From NCBI RefSeq assembly GCF_964204645.1, contig NC_134026.1, forward strand, positions 17,890,150-17,954,149: a stretch of DNA of 64,000 nucleotides, read 5' to 3'. The DNA comes from Tubulanus polymorphus. Lineage: Eukaryota > Animalia > Nemertea. The notes under the pieces are model-generated. The model made no database searches and was not told the origin of the DNA. It worked only from the letters and a program-made list of their open reading frames with translations. The first letter of the stretch is position 1. Each line of letters begins with the position of its first letter. Both the position numbers and the translations under genes were made by a program. Of the stretch, positions 1 to 11,700 are shown one piece after another.

Positions 1-1575
1 TCTGTATAAAGTAGAGTATGGTGGTGAGCGAAGCTAATTGACAGTATTTGATGAGGTCACATTGCTGACCGACTCAGTCGCTAGACATTGTCAGTAGGCC
101 TATGGCTTACAACGTCGAGTAGTACAATTTAATATCATTAGACAGGCCACTGTAAGTGTTGGACCAGAATTTAGCTTCGAGATTGGTGAATTTTGAGATA
201 TAAATCAGTTTGTGTTTATAGTTCTCAATTGAGCAGGACAATACACTATGAATGTGGGGAGTCCCCTGAAATGGTATCAAAACAATCTAATTGGGAATTA
301 TACAATGTATTTATGAATTTATAGTTTTCCTTTAATCAGCTGTCTTTATCTACAGCAACTTGAATTGGAAAAAACACTTTGGTATAAGAACTGCAGCCAG
401 TAAAATAATTGGAGGGCCAGTATTAAAATCAAATCCACTGGTCCTTTTGTCCTTAAATCTTACCCTGTCCTTTCCACCAATTTTAAAAGATCTTCTTTTC
501 ATATTAATTTGTACTGATAATATCATAGAATTTTGTTGGTCTGAGTTGATACATTATATCCGAAGAATACCGTTTAGAATAATTATGTCCGATGATATCC
601 TGTTTTGAAGTACATGTATTTTACAAATGATTACTAGAATGTCTAAGATAATATAATGAGAAAACATTTATAGCTGTAATACTACATATATTGTCATTAG
701 GTAACTTCCTGAAAAGATCTCAAGAACTATTCGATATCAAATGGAAATTTATGGAGTTAAGAAATCTGCACCGTTTATGAATACATGTAATTGATATTGA
801 AATATTGTTCCGTTTGTCGTGATTAGTAACTAGGTTTGAATAGGTCTAATGAAATCCCGAGTGTTCGCGTGTATATAAATATGTAGTATTTTCGTAGGTA
901 ATCAATCATAGATTCTGAAACGTGTCTTGTTAACTGATAGATATTGTTTCAGAATGTATGCTTCTTGATGTTGTTAGTTTATAACTCCTGTAAATAGAGC
1001 ACAAGATTTGGTGTAAATATACATAGATATTTGATGAATACCGGTATATAATTTACCAATGGATGAATGGAGAAATATAGCAAATATTATATTAGATATT
1101 TAGAGTTTTTGTTTTTCTGAGCTAGAATTATCTTACAGGACCGATTCTGAAGTCTGACTTTTATGCTTTATCAGATGGAAGCCTAAAGGATAATTAAGTT
1201 TGGTGTGATTTTCTGGTAAAATCCAGATCCAAGAGGCAAAATTTCATCACAAAATCCATGGAACGAGCATATTGAAGATGTAGTATATGCCCCAAGCATG
1301 CCAAGTCTCAAAAGCATAAAAAACTAATTAGATATTAACTAAACATATGGAGAAGCACTACGAATAAAGAATGCACCATTGGGAATACAGCGAATTATTG
1401 TCACAGGGGCCAGTGTTTATCGATATAAAATAACATAATAATTAAGTTATTTTATATACATTATAGACACTGGATTAACAGATTATCGTTTTTAGTGCAT
1501 TAATCTACGGCTCTGATGCGAACCGCCTGCGTGATTATTGCCACTAAGTAGCTTTGACATTGTCCGCGTCCGTGC

Positions 1576-4500
1576 GGTCTGATCTGTCATGTCAGGTCCC
1601 GAAAAAACCCAAACTCATGACAATATTTGACGAAACGGCGAAATATCTAGGCATGTGCTGGACGAATGGAAGAACATTTTGAGTTGAATGAATATTCTGA
1701 CCCGTCGTTAATATCGAAAATGATTCAACAATTACGATAAGGAAATTGTTCTGACAAATAATTCATTTGAAAGGTTGATTTATAAGAAGAAAATATTTAT
1801 GTGTAAACTATGACTTATTTCTGTAATAAAGGGAAAAAATAAGTTTCAGGCATAGATGAATTAATTAATGTAGAAGTAAGAGTACATTATAAGAGAAAAT
1901 TTAGATGAATCGCTAGATGAATCGAGGTCTTGATATTTCGTTTCCGCAATAAGACAAGGAAATTATCTGCTCACTATCACAGTTCGGCAACACTCCTCAC
2001 TGTCCTGAAGTCCTGAAGTCTCACTATTTATATTCATTGTCTTTATGATGAACATGTTAAAGAGCCGAATGCAATATAGAGACTGATTTTATTGAGACTG
2101 ATTTTAAATCAACTCATCAATTTAAGGCATGAAGTTTTATTTCTATTTATACCAGTTTTAATGCAGACCTGTCACCTCAGGTCCCGAGAAGCTCTGAGGT
2201 CTGAGGTCTTACTTCATAATTATTGTTTCATAGTAACTTAAGATTAACTATATCCATGGTTAGCAATCTATATTATATTCATTACTATAAAGATACCATA
2301 AAAAGTGAAGTTTTTTCCATTTCATCAGTTTTTATGCAGGCCTGTCACCTCAGGTCTCGAGAAGCTCTGCAAAATGGCGCGAGCTGCCGTGTGAGGTCTC
2401 GCTTCATAATTATTGTTTTATAGTAACTTAAGATTAACTCTATCTATGGTTGGCATTTTGTATTATACTCTTTACTATAAAGAGACCATAAAAATTAAAG
2501 TTTTCCTTCATTTCATCAGTTTTAATGCAGACCTGTCACCACAGGTCCCGAGAAGCTCTGCAAAATGGCGCGAGCTGCCTTGTGAGGTCTCGCTTCAAAA
2601 TTTTTGTTTTATAGTAACTTAAGATTAACTCTATCTATGGTTAGCAATTTATATTACACTCATTACTATAAAGAGACCAAAAAACAAAGTTTTCCTTCAT
2701 TTCACCAGTTTTAATGCAGACCTGTCACCACAGGTCCCGAGAAGCTCTGCAAAATGGCGCGCGTTGCCGTGTGAGGTCACGCTTCAAAATTATTGTTTTA
2801 TAGTAACTTAAGATTACCTATATCTATGGTTAGCAATTTATATTATATTCATTACTATAAAGATACCATAAAAAGTAAAGTTTTTTCCATTTCATCAGTT
2901 TTAAGGCAGACCTGTCTCCTCAGGTCTCGAGAAGCTCTGCAAAATGGCGCGAGCTGCCGTGTGAGGTCTCGCTTCAAAATTATTGTTTTATAGTAACTTA
3001 AGATTAACTCTATCTATGGTTAGCATTTTATATTATACTCTTTACTATAAAGAGAGCATAAAAATTAAAGATTTCCTTCATTTCATCAGTTTTAATGCAG
3101 ACCTGTCACCACAGGTCCCGAGAAGCTCTACAAAATGGCGCGCGTTGCCGTGTGAGGTCTCGCTTCAAAATTATTGTTTTATATTAACTTAAGATTAACT
3201 CTATCTATGGTTAGCAATTTATATTATACTTATTACTATATAAAGGTTATCAAAAGTAAAGTTTTTTCCATTTCATCAGTTTTAGTGCAGACCTGTTACC
3301 ACAGGTCCCGAGAAGCTCTACAAAATGGCGCGAGCTGCCGTGTGAGGTCTCGCTTCAAAATTATTGTTTTATAGTAACTTAAGATTACCTATATCCATGG
3401 TTAGCAATTTATATTATATTCATTACTATAAAGATACCATAAAAAGTAAAGTTTTTTCCATTTCATCAGTTTTAGTGCAGACCTGTCACCTCAGGTCTCG
3501 AGAAGCTCTGCAAAATGGCGCGAGCTGCCGTGTGAGGTCTCGCTTCAAAATTATTGTTTTATATTAACTTAAGATTAACTCTATCTATGGTTAGCATTTT
3601 ATATTATACTCTTTACTATAAAGAGAGCATAAAAATTAAAGATTTCCTTCATTTCATCAGTTTTAATGCAGACCTGTCACCACAGGTCCCGAGAAGCTCT
3701 GCAAAATGGCGCGCGTTGCCGTGTGAGGTCTCGCTTCAAAATTATTGTTTTATAGTAACTTAAGATTAACTCTATCTATGGTTGGCATTTTATATTATAC
3801 TCTTTACTATAAAGAGACCATAAAAATTAAAGTTTTCCTTCATTTCATCAGTTTTAATGCAGACCTGTCACCACAGGTCGCGAGAAGCTCTGCAAAATGG
3901 CGCGCGTTGCCGTGTGAGGTCTCGCTTCAAAATTATTGTTTTATGGTAACTTAAGATTAACTCTATCTATGGTTAGCAATTTATATTATACTTATTACTA
4001 TATAAAGGTTATAAAGAGTAAAGTTTTTTCCATTTCATCAGTTTTAGTGCAGACCTGTCACCTCAGGTCCCGAGAAGCTCTGCAAAATGGCGCGAGCTGC
4101 CGTGTGAGGTCTCGCTTCAAAATTATTGTTTTATAGCAACTTAAGATTAATTCTATCCATGCTTAGCAATTTATATTATATTCTTTACTATAAAGAGACC
4201 TTAGAAATTAAAGTTTTGCCTCATTTCATCAGTTTTAATGCAGACCTGTCACCTCAGGTCCCGAAGCTCTGCAAAATGGCGCGCATTGCCGTGTGAGGCC
4301 TCACTAATTAATCAGTGTTATGTCTAATTTATCTATGTCAACTTATAAGCTTGGACTGAAATGTTTTTAAATTGTATGTACACTTGGTTAATTTATTATG
4401 TTGCGAGTAATTAATAATAATATGTAATAATATAGGGCCTAATCTTAATGAGTATAATGATTGTTATTAATACTGATTATGATTACATAAGGCACTACTA

Positions 4501-4924
4501 GTATCATTGCCTGATCTTGATATTTTCATGTTTCGTGTTACAAAAAAATAAATCAATTGTAAACAATTCGTTCAATGTTCTCCAATAATTCACAATCATT
4601 CCATCTTTATTATTATAAGGCGATATAGTTCAACAACTTTTTATAAACGGACAAACATAAATTCTTAAATGAATTCATAACACATCATAGTTTGTTTTTT
4701 TGTTTTTGAATAATATATTCAGAAAGCACTACGATATGTTCTTTGTGTTCTTATCGGCTATCATTTGTTCTAAATCCGCGCCTATCATATCTTCTAATCG
4801 CCTATCATCGGTTCAGTCATAACGATTTTCATTTTAGCGAATCGACCTGTCACCTGAGGTCCCACGTGTCATGTCAGGTCTTGGGCCCTGACATGACAGG
4901 TTCTGGAAACTCTGCAGACAGACC
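1576..4924. mobile_element. Non-autonomous inverted-repeat element carrying an internal 190-bp satellite
   Basis: Left end ggtctgatctgtcatgtcaggtccc (1576) is mirrored by gggccctgacatgacagg...cagacagacc (~4883-4924). The internal satellite shares the gacctgtcacctcaggtccc motif. No clear TSD. Confidence 0.45.
2160..4303. repeat. Tandem satellite, 190/191-bp unit, ~11 copies
   Basis: gcagacctgtcac (or a close variant) recurs about every 190 bp at ~2337, 2527, 2716, 2906, 3097, 3287, 3477, 3668, 3859, 4049, 4240. The recurring 66-69 aa ORFs are a by-product. Confidence 0.95.
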
Positions 4925-5102
4925 TAAATGTTTCACTTCCGGGTTGACTTGACAGAACTCCGAACTTGGCAATATTTGGTTCAATTGACAGCTTTTGCGT
5001 GTAAATAAGTGTGCTTGATCGTAACCAACAGTAAGGTTGGTAATTGTGGTAGTTTACCTTGCCCTGTTAAACAAATGCCACGTTCCGTCGTTCGTTCGTT
5101 CT

Positions 5103-5132
5103 AACAACAACAACAACAACAACAACAACAAC
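5103..5132. repeat. (AAC)n microsatellite
   Basis: About ten consecutive aac units. Confidence 0.9.
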
Positions 5133-5309
5133 TATAGACTTAAGGTACTCGATATCAACTCCTCAGTCCTCGGTCCCGTAATTCAATCAAATTTTATTTG
5201 GCAGGTTAAATTATTGCCGACCCGGCATTATTGCGCTGTTAACTCTATCTTACCGGTTGCAGGTTCTGATTGGTGAATCCGCGCCATGCATGCACACAGG
5301 TGTGGAAAA

Positions 5310-5497
5310 TTCGTACCGACCCGTACGGATTACTCCGGAAGCTATTCGTACGGACCCGTACGGATTACTCCGGAAGCTATTCGTACGGACCCGTAGGGAT
5401 TACTCCGGAAGCTATTCGTACGGACCCGTACGGATTACTCCGGAGGCTATTCGTACGGACCCGTACGGATTACTCCGGAAGTTATTCGTACGGACCT
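5310..5497. repeat. 35-bp minisatellite, ~5 copies
   Basis: Unit cgtacggacccgtacggattactccggaagctatt. A single inverted copy lies at ~7631-7675. Confidence 0.9.
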
Positions 5498-5795
5498 GTT
5501 CAATTTCAATTTATTCATGTTTATTCATCATAAATCAAAGAGTACGATTGTGAATGAAGGAAAAAACAATACAAATTCCGTATTATTCGTATGGTATATG
5601 CTATTCGTATGGACTACTCCGAAAGCTATTCGTCGTAGACATAGAACTATTCAGAACAACGTGACGTAGAACAGACAGCCTTAATATTATGAATATTATA
5701 CATATGAATTACATTATTTTCAGTTATTCTAATTCTATTCTGACGGACCTCGCTACACGTGAAGAGAATGTCCGTACGGATAACACATAATTCTA

Positions 5796-6174
5796 TCGAA
5801 GTGGATATTTTGCCAATGCGGCATTATTTTAGTAAACGCTATTCCACCAATGGCTATATATAATAAGATATATAATAATAGAATATAACAATATCATCAT
5901 TATATTGGGTGTAGGGTTAGGGTTTCGATAGGGTTAGGGTCAAGAGGGTCCAGAGGCTTAGGTTTAGGGTTGGAGTCCGTTTTTACCCCTAGGGATAGGG
6001 TTAGGGTAAGGTGAGGCTATATGTAGTGAAGAATTACGGGTGGTTTTGAGTGAGCCCGGTGGCCCGGAGTCGCGCACCTCTGTGCGCATGCGCGGCGTCA
6101 ATTAGCCAATCAAAACGCACCATTGGCAAAATAGCGTTAACAGGAATAATGCCGCATTGGCAAAATATCCACTG
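5796..6174. mobile_element. Small inverted-repeat module with degenerate TTAGGG-like tract
   Basis: Ends gtggatattttgccaatgcggcattatt (5801) and its reverse complement aataatgccgcattggcaaaatatccac (to 6172). Internal gggttagggt/ttaggg tract at ~5908-6010. Confidence 0.6.
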
Positions 6175-6185
6175 CCAGAAATGCC

Positions 6186-6772
6186 TAATTCTATTCTGAC
6201 GGACCTCGCTACACGTAAATAGAATGTCCGTACGGATAACACATAATTCTATTCTGACGGACCTCGCTACGTGAAGAGAATGTCCGTACGGATAACACAT
6301 AATTCTATTCTGACCGACCTCGCTACACGTAAATAGAATGTCCGTACGGATAACACATAATTCTATTCTGACGGACCTCGCTACGTAAATAGAATGTCTG
6401 TACGGATAACACATAATTCTATTCTGACCGACCTCGCTACACGTAAATAGAATGTCCGTACGGATAACACATAATTCTATTCTGACGGACCTCACTACAC
6501 GTAAATAGAATGTCCGTACGGATAACACATAATTCTATTCTGACGGACCTCGCTACACGTAAATAGAATGTCCGTACGGATAACACATAATTCTATTCTG
6601 ACGGACCTCGCTACGTAAATAGAATATCCGTACAGATAACACAATTCTATTCTGACGGACCTCGCTACGTAAATAGAATGTCTGTACAGATAACACATAA
6701 TTCTATTCTGACGGACCTCGCTACGTGAAGAGAATGTCCGTACGGATAACACATAATTCTATTCTGACGGAC
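6186..6772. repeat. 56-58-bp minisatellite, ~10 copies
   Basis: Unit aattctattctgacggacctcgctacacgtaaatagaatgtccgtacggataacacat. One further copy at ~5731-5795, on the other side of the 5796-6174 module. Confidence 0.95.
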
Positions 6773-7082
6773 CGCGATCAGATTGACAATGTCCTCCGTA
6801 GTACGGATCCTTTTTTAAGATAGCAACATTTTTGTGTTTAAATGCAGGTTTTTTATTATAAAGTATCACAAATGAAATAAATCAACAAAAATTTCTACTA
6901 TTTACAATGATTTATACAACAGCACCAAAGAAATGATTAAAACTACTTAACATGAATAACAATTATTTTTTTCAAGTTTAAAATAGAACATTTTGTATAG
7001 CATATACAATAATCAATTTGGGCAGCACCAACTAAATACGTTCGAAAATCTATGCGGTTATAGTACTTAATAATACAATCAA

Positions 7083-7596
7083 TAAAATCAATTAATACAT
7101 TTACAAAAAAGAATAAAATAGAACAGTAGCATACACATTAATCACACAATCAGTAGGGAGCATTGCACCTTAAAAATCAATTAATTAATACAATTACAAA
7201 AAAGAATAAAATAGAACAGTAGCATACACATTAATCACACAATCAGTAGGGAGCATTGCACCTTAAAAATCAATTAATTAATACAATTACAAAAAAGAAT
7301 AAAATAGAACAGTAGCATACACATTAATCACACAATCAGTAGGGAGCATTGCACCTTAGAAAATCAATTAATTAATACAAATACAAAAAGGAATAAAATA
7401 GAACAGTAGCATACACATTAATCACACAATCAGTAGGGAGCATTGCACCTTAAAAATCAATTAATACAATTACAAAAAAGAATAAAATAGAACAGTAGCA
7501 TATACATTAATCACACAATCAGTAGGGAGCATTGCACCTTAGAAATCAATTAATACAATTACAAAAAAAGAATAAAATAGAACAGTAGCATATACA
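7083..7596. repeat. ~89-94-bp A-rich tandem repeat, ~5.5 copies
   Basis: gcacctt recurs at 7165, 7258, 7351, 7445, 7534. Confidence 0.93.
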
Positions 7597-7693
7597 ATAA
7601 TCAGATGGCGCGGTAGTCTGTCAGTTCTGTACGAATAGCCTCCGGAGTAATCCGTACAGGTCCGTACGAATAGCCACTTTGTTCAAAGAAACT

Positions 7694-8187
7694 CAGTGGA
7701 TATTTTACCACATATGGCAGAGTGTTTATTTCCGCCATTTTACCGTACATCATCGTTGATTGGCTGATTTATGCTGCGCATGCGCACTGACTAAGGTGCG
7801 CGACTTAGAAAATTCAAGGAAAGTGTGGATAACAGTTAAATTGAGCGGATTGAGCGAGACTCGAATCCGGGCCATTAAGTTACTAGCGCAGCGTCGTACC
7901 ACTAGACCACCAAGCTCGCTGAAAACCAACCGAATGTTTTAACTAGATATAGACCTGACCTCACCTTAATCCTATCCCTAGGGGGTAAAACGAACCCTAA
8001 ACCTAACCTAATCCTAACCCACTGGGTCCATTAAACCCTAAACCCATCAGAACCCTAACCCTAAACACAATAAAATGATTTTATTGTTACTTTTATTTTT
8101 ATTAGTTAATACTATAATATAAAGTAATGATGTACAGTAAAATAGCGGAAGTAAACACTGCGGCATACGGTTAAATATCCACTTCGA
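7694..8187. mobile_element. Second, diverged and inverted TTAGGG-like inverted-repeat module containing a tRNA-like segment
   Basis: Ends cagtggatattttacc ... ggttaaatatccacttcga. ccctaa-like tract at ~7965-8065. Reverse-complement similarity to 5796-6174 (cctagggatagg, tgcgcatgcgc, gattggct). Confidence 0.55.
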
Positions 8188-8746
8188 AGAAAGAAATTGG
8201 AGAACAGAGTTGGAGAGAGCGAATAGAGCAGTATTATCCGAACCTGGTTCGCAGCCAGGCCAGCATATTGCTAGCATAGTGTCTTCCCACTAGCCCACTG
8301 AGACAACCTACAATTTTCAAACTGGAATTGCAAAAAAACTTGAGAAATTAAACAAGCCTTTATTATTATCTGTGAGCCCTCCCTATTCCGATAATAGCTT
8401 TCAGTAAGATTGGAGCAATTTGAATTTTCTATGGATTTATAAGATGATGTTGTTATTATTTTTTTCAGTATATCCTATTAGGGCCTATATGTATAGAGGT
8501 CAGCAAAATAGTGTTAACTGGGATAATGCTACATCAGCAAAATATACATTTCGATTTTATTTTGACTGAACGGCCAATGACAATGGGGCAGATTGATGTC
8601 CTGAACCATCTGCTCATGTGTTATTCAAAAATTATTTTTCATTGGGCTTTGAGGCCTTTTTATAATATAGCTTATCATTGAGTAGTATTTTGCTTTAAAC
8701 CCTCAAATCAAAAGAATGTTAATTTTCCAGACTAAATAACTGACTC

Positions 8747-11700
8747 ATGCCCGTACCAAATAATGGTGGCAACATGAGCCAAGGGGTAGGAATCAAAGAA
8801 CATGGGCCACTTCTACGCAAAGGAAGCTCGTCTAAGCGGCCACTCAAAGAAAAGATTGTTCAAATATATGAAGCATTGTTTAAGGTATGAAATTTTTTTC
8901 TCATGGTCCTATACACTAGGTGTGACTGATTTTAAATCTTCGTTTTATTTAATGCCCATGTATATTTTATTCATTTTGTCTAGGGTGAAGATCCTTCTGA
9001 TGGAAATGTTAACTTCTGGGATGAACTGTTCCTCTTGAGGGTGATTGATTCGTCTGAAATTCTCTCTTGTTCAGATGAAATCTTCATAAATGTTTCACCA
9101 TGATGTTTCTATTTTAGGTGAATTCACAATATATCGAGTCTGAATTTGAGAAATTGGACGGTGCACAATTGATCACATTGAAGGTAATTGATTGTTCCAA
9201 TCTGATCATTTGGCATATGTAGGCCTAACGTATAGGCCTATATAACCAGTAATAGTGGTAAATGCCAATCAAAATCATCTTAGTAAATACATTTGTAATT
9301 GGTAACATATAGTTAAAAAAGGAAATTACACAAATTGAACTAACTAACTTATTTATTGTTATTCCAGGACAATATTAATGTATTATTTTTTCACTGTGTC
9401 AAAATATTCAAGACAGATCATCCTATTAGGATTGTAAATGCTGCTCAGGTAAATATTTCACGAGTTGAGGGGTTGTATGTTTTCCAAACAGCTAGTGAAT
9501 CGTCATTACAGGGTTAATGGTTTTGACGGTAGAATTCTTTTGGTTCATTGGTTTTTATTGGCCTCTCTCTTTATGGGGCCTACTTAATCAACTCAAGGTG
9601 TAACTTGTAGTACAAGATTTATGTTTTTTATAGACGATATGCTCCCTGATTCGTGGAATCTTTAGCAAACGGCTGGGAAACTATGGATTTGATGTTATTA
9701 ACATACTTATTGGATTCGAAGCAGCTGAAGGGCAGATGCAGGTACGGTGTATTCATTATTTCTCATTTATCTGAAAAAAAGTAGTTGTAGTACAGTGTAT
9801 GGACTACACCTACCTTGAAATAAGTGGGACCTGTTTTTATCAAAATTCGGTGATAATTGAAAATGGACAATTATAGAAGTACAGTTCTAGGAATTGTTCT
9901 TTTGGTCTAAGTTATGAAGACTTGCCCCTCCCCCAATTTGTGTTACAACCATAAGCCATTTTACTACGCCATGCGACCACGGTGCTGTTAACTACCTTCT
10001 GTGTCATATACCTCTTGTAAGATCAGATCATGTAACCCTATATTCTTCCAGTAGTCTAGATTGTCATCATGCAGGAAATTTCTTCCTTTGATGCCAAATA
10101 ACACGTAAAAGAGACTAAGTTTCTTGGTAGATATTATAAAAAGTTCATAGCAGTAATAGTGCCTTAAGACCAAACCAATAACATGACTTAATTACAAAAA
10201 AGTTCTGAGAAATATCCATTGATCTATTTTCCCAAGTTCAATCACAAGTTAGAATTATACGAAAGGACTTAGAGCTATATACTGACTACGACATAGAAAT
10301 CAATGTATATAGCAGGGGTGTACTGTCGCAGGAGTTGTGTGTCGTTCACGCATGATCACATTATTCAGATAATCTACGGAGGTGCAAGAGAACTTCATCA
10401 TTAAAATAGCTGCCAGAGACTGGAGGATTTTTACGAGAATTGGATTTTTGTAGTCGCTAAATCGATCGCGAAAATCGAATGCTCATTAAAATGCCTTGGA
10501 ACTCAATAGATTGAAGAAAGTGGGTATTCGGGGATAGATGGATTTTCATGAAACTTGGTGTGAGACACCTGTCTGAGAGTCCATCTTAAGTATTTTGAAA
10601 CTTGTATATCTTGTATATATATATATATATATATATTTGAGCAGCTGAAAAAGTATCGCAGGAAAAGTATATGAATGTTGTTTTATCTTTCAGAGTCTCA
10701 TAGAAAGTTTGCACAGGTTTCTTACTGGAGATTTTCCGCCAAGTTTGAAGACCGTGTCATTTCAGTTGCTGCTTGTTCTAGTGACGGTAATTGATCTAAA
10801 TCATTTGTTGAAGCATTTCAAATGTTGGAGAGGTGGACTTGATTATGAATACATATTGATTATTTTTAATTTTTGGACATGTGACTAGCCAGATCCTTCT
10901 TTTTGATAGCCAGTGTAGCCTGATATAGGTAGATAAATCATAAGAAGCTATTGCAGTAAATTCAATCATGTTTGATTCAGATCATTTAGTACCAATAGAT
11001 TATGTATCATATTTTATGAACACTTGTGTATAGGTGGAACATAGATAATGTGTAGGTTTGATCAGAATTCTGATTTAGCTGATTGGATTTATGAGGGTGC
11101 ACTGTATGACCAGAGAGTACCAATTTTCCTCCAGTATCAAGCTGTTTACTATAAGGCTAACCTCTTCTCACCAGGGGAAATGGTTTACACACAAGAAGTA
11201 CTTAATCTATATACCATTTGTGCATAATAATTTTAAATGGTTACCGCTTTTCCGTTTTCTTACAAATTTTCTGGCAGTAATTAAATTCTCATTTACCAAT
11301 GATTTTTTCGTGTACAATTCAATTGCCACAACTTCATCGAGGAAATCGAGATGATTCGAATACGATATTAGTGAATACGTGTTAAACTCTTTTTCATTAG
11401 GCTACTGTCAACGTTAGTCAGAACACGTTGTTGGAATATGTGATGATGAACAGTGCATTCGAAGCAATTATCCAACTATTAGCGAGTCCGATGAGTCGGC
11501 AGAATCATGGTCACGATGCTGTTCTATTACTGACACTTCTGGTTCAATACAGAAAATACGAGGTATCTACTTAGACATCTATCTGTATATTCATGAAAAC
11601 GTTCATGTTGAACCAGCTGTGCAAAAGATTAACAAGGATCATTTTCATGATCAATCCTAATTCATATGCAAATAATGTAAATGCAATTGATTAATATATC

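Noticed and set aside
2223-4136. Series of similar 66-69 aa ORFs resembling a peptide gene array
   Set aside because: They are translations of the 190-bp satellite, begin at TTG alternative starts and change frame with monomer length.
5310-7596. Short regularly spaced repeats as a CRISPR-like array
   Set aside because: Units are contiguous with no unique spacers, there are no cas genes, and the context is eukaryotic.
5908-8067. True telomere or chromosome-fusion site
   Set aside because: The tracts are short, degenerate and enclosed in inverted-repeat modules, which fits a mobile element better.
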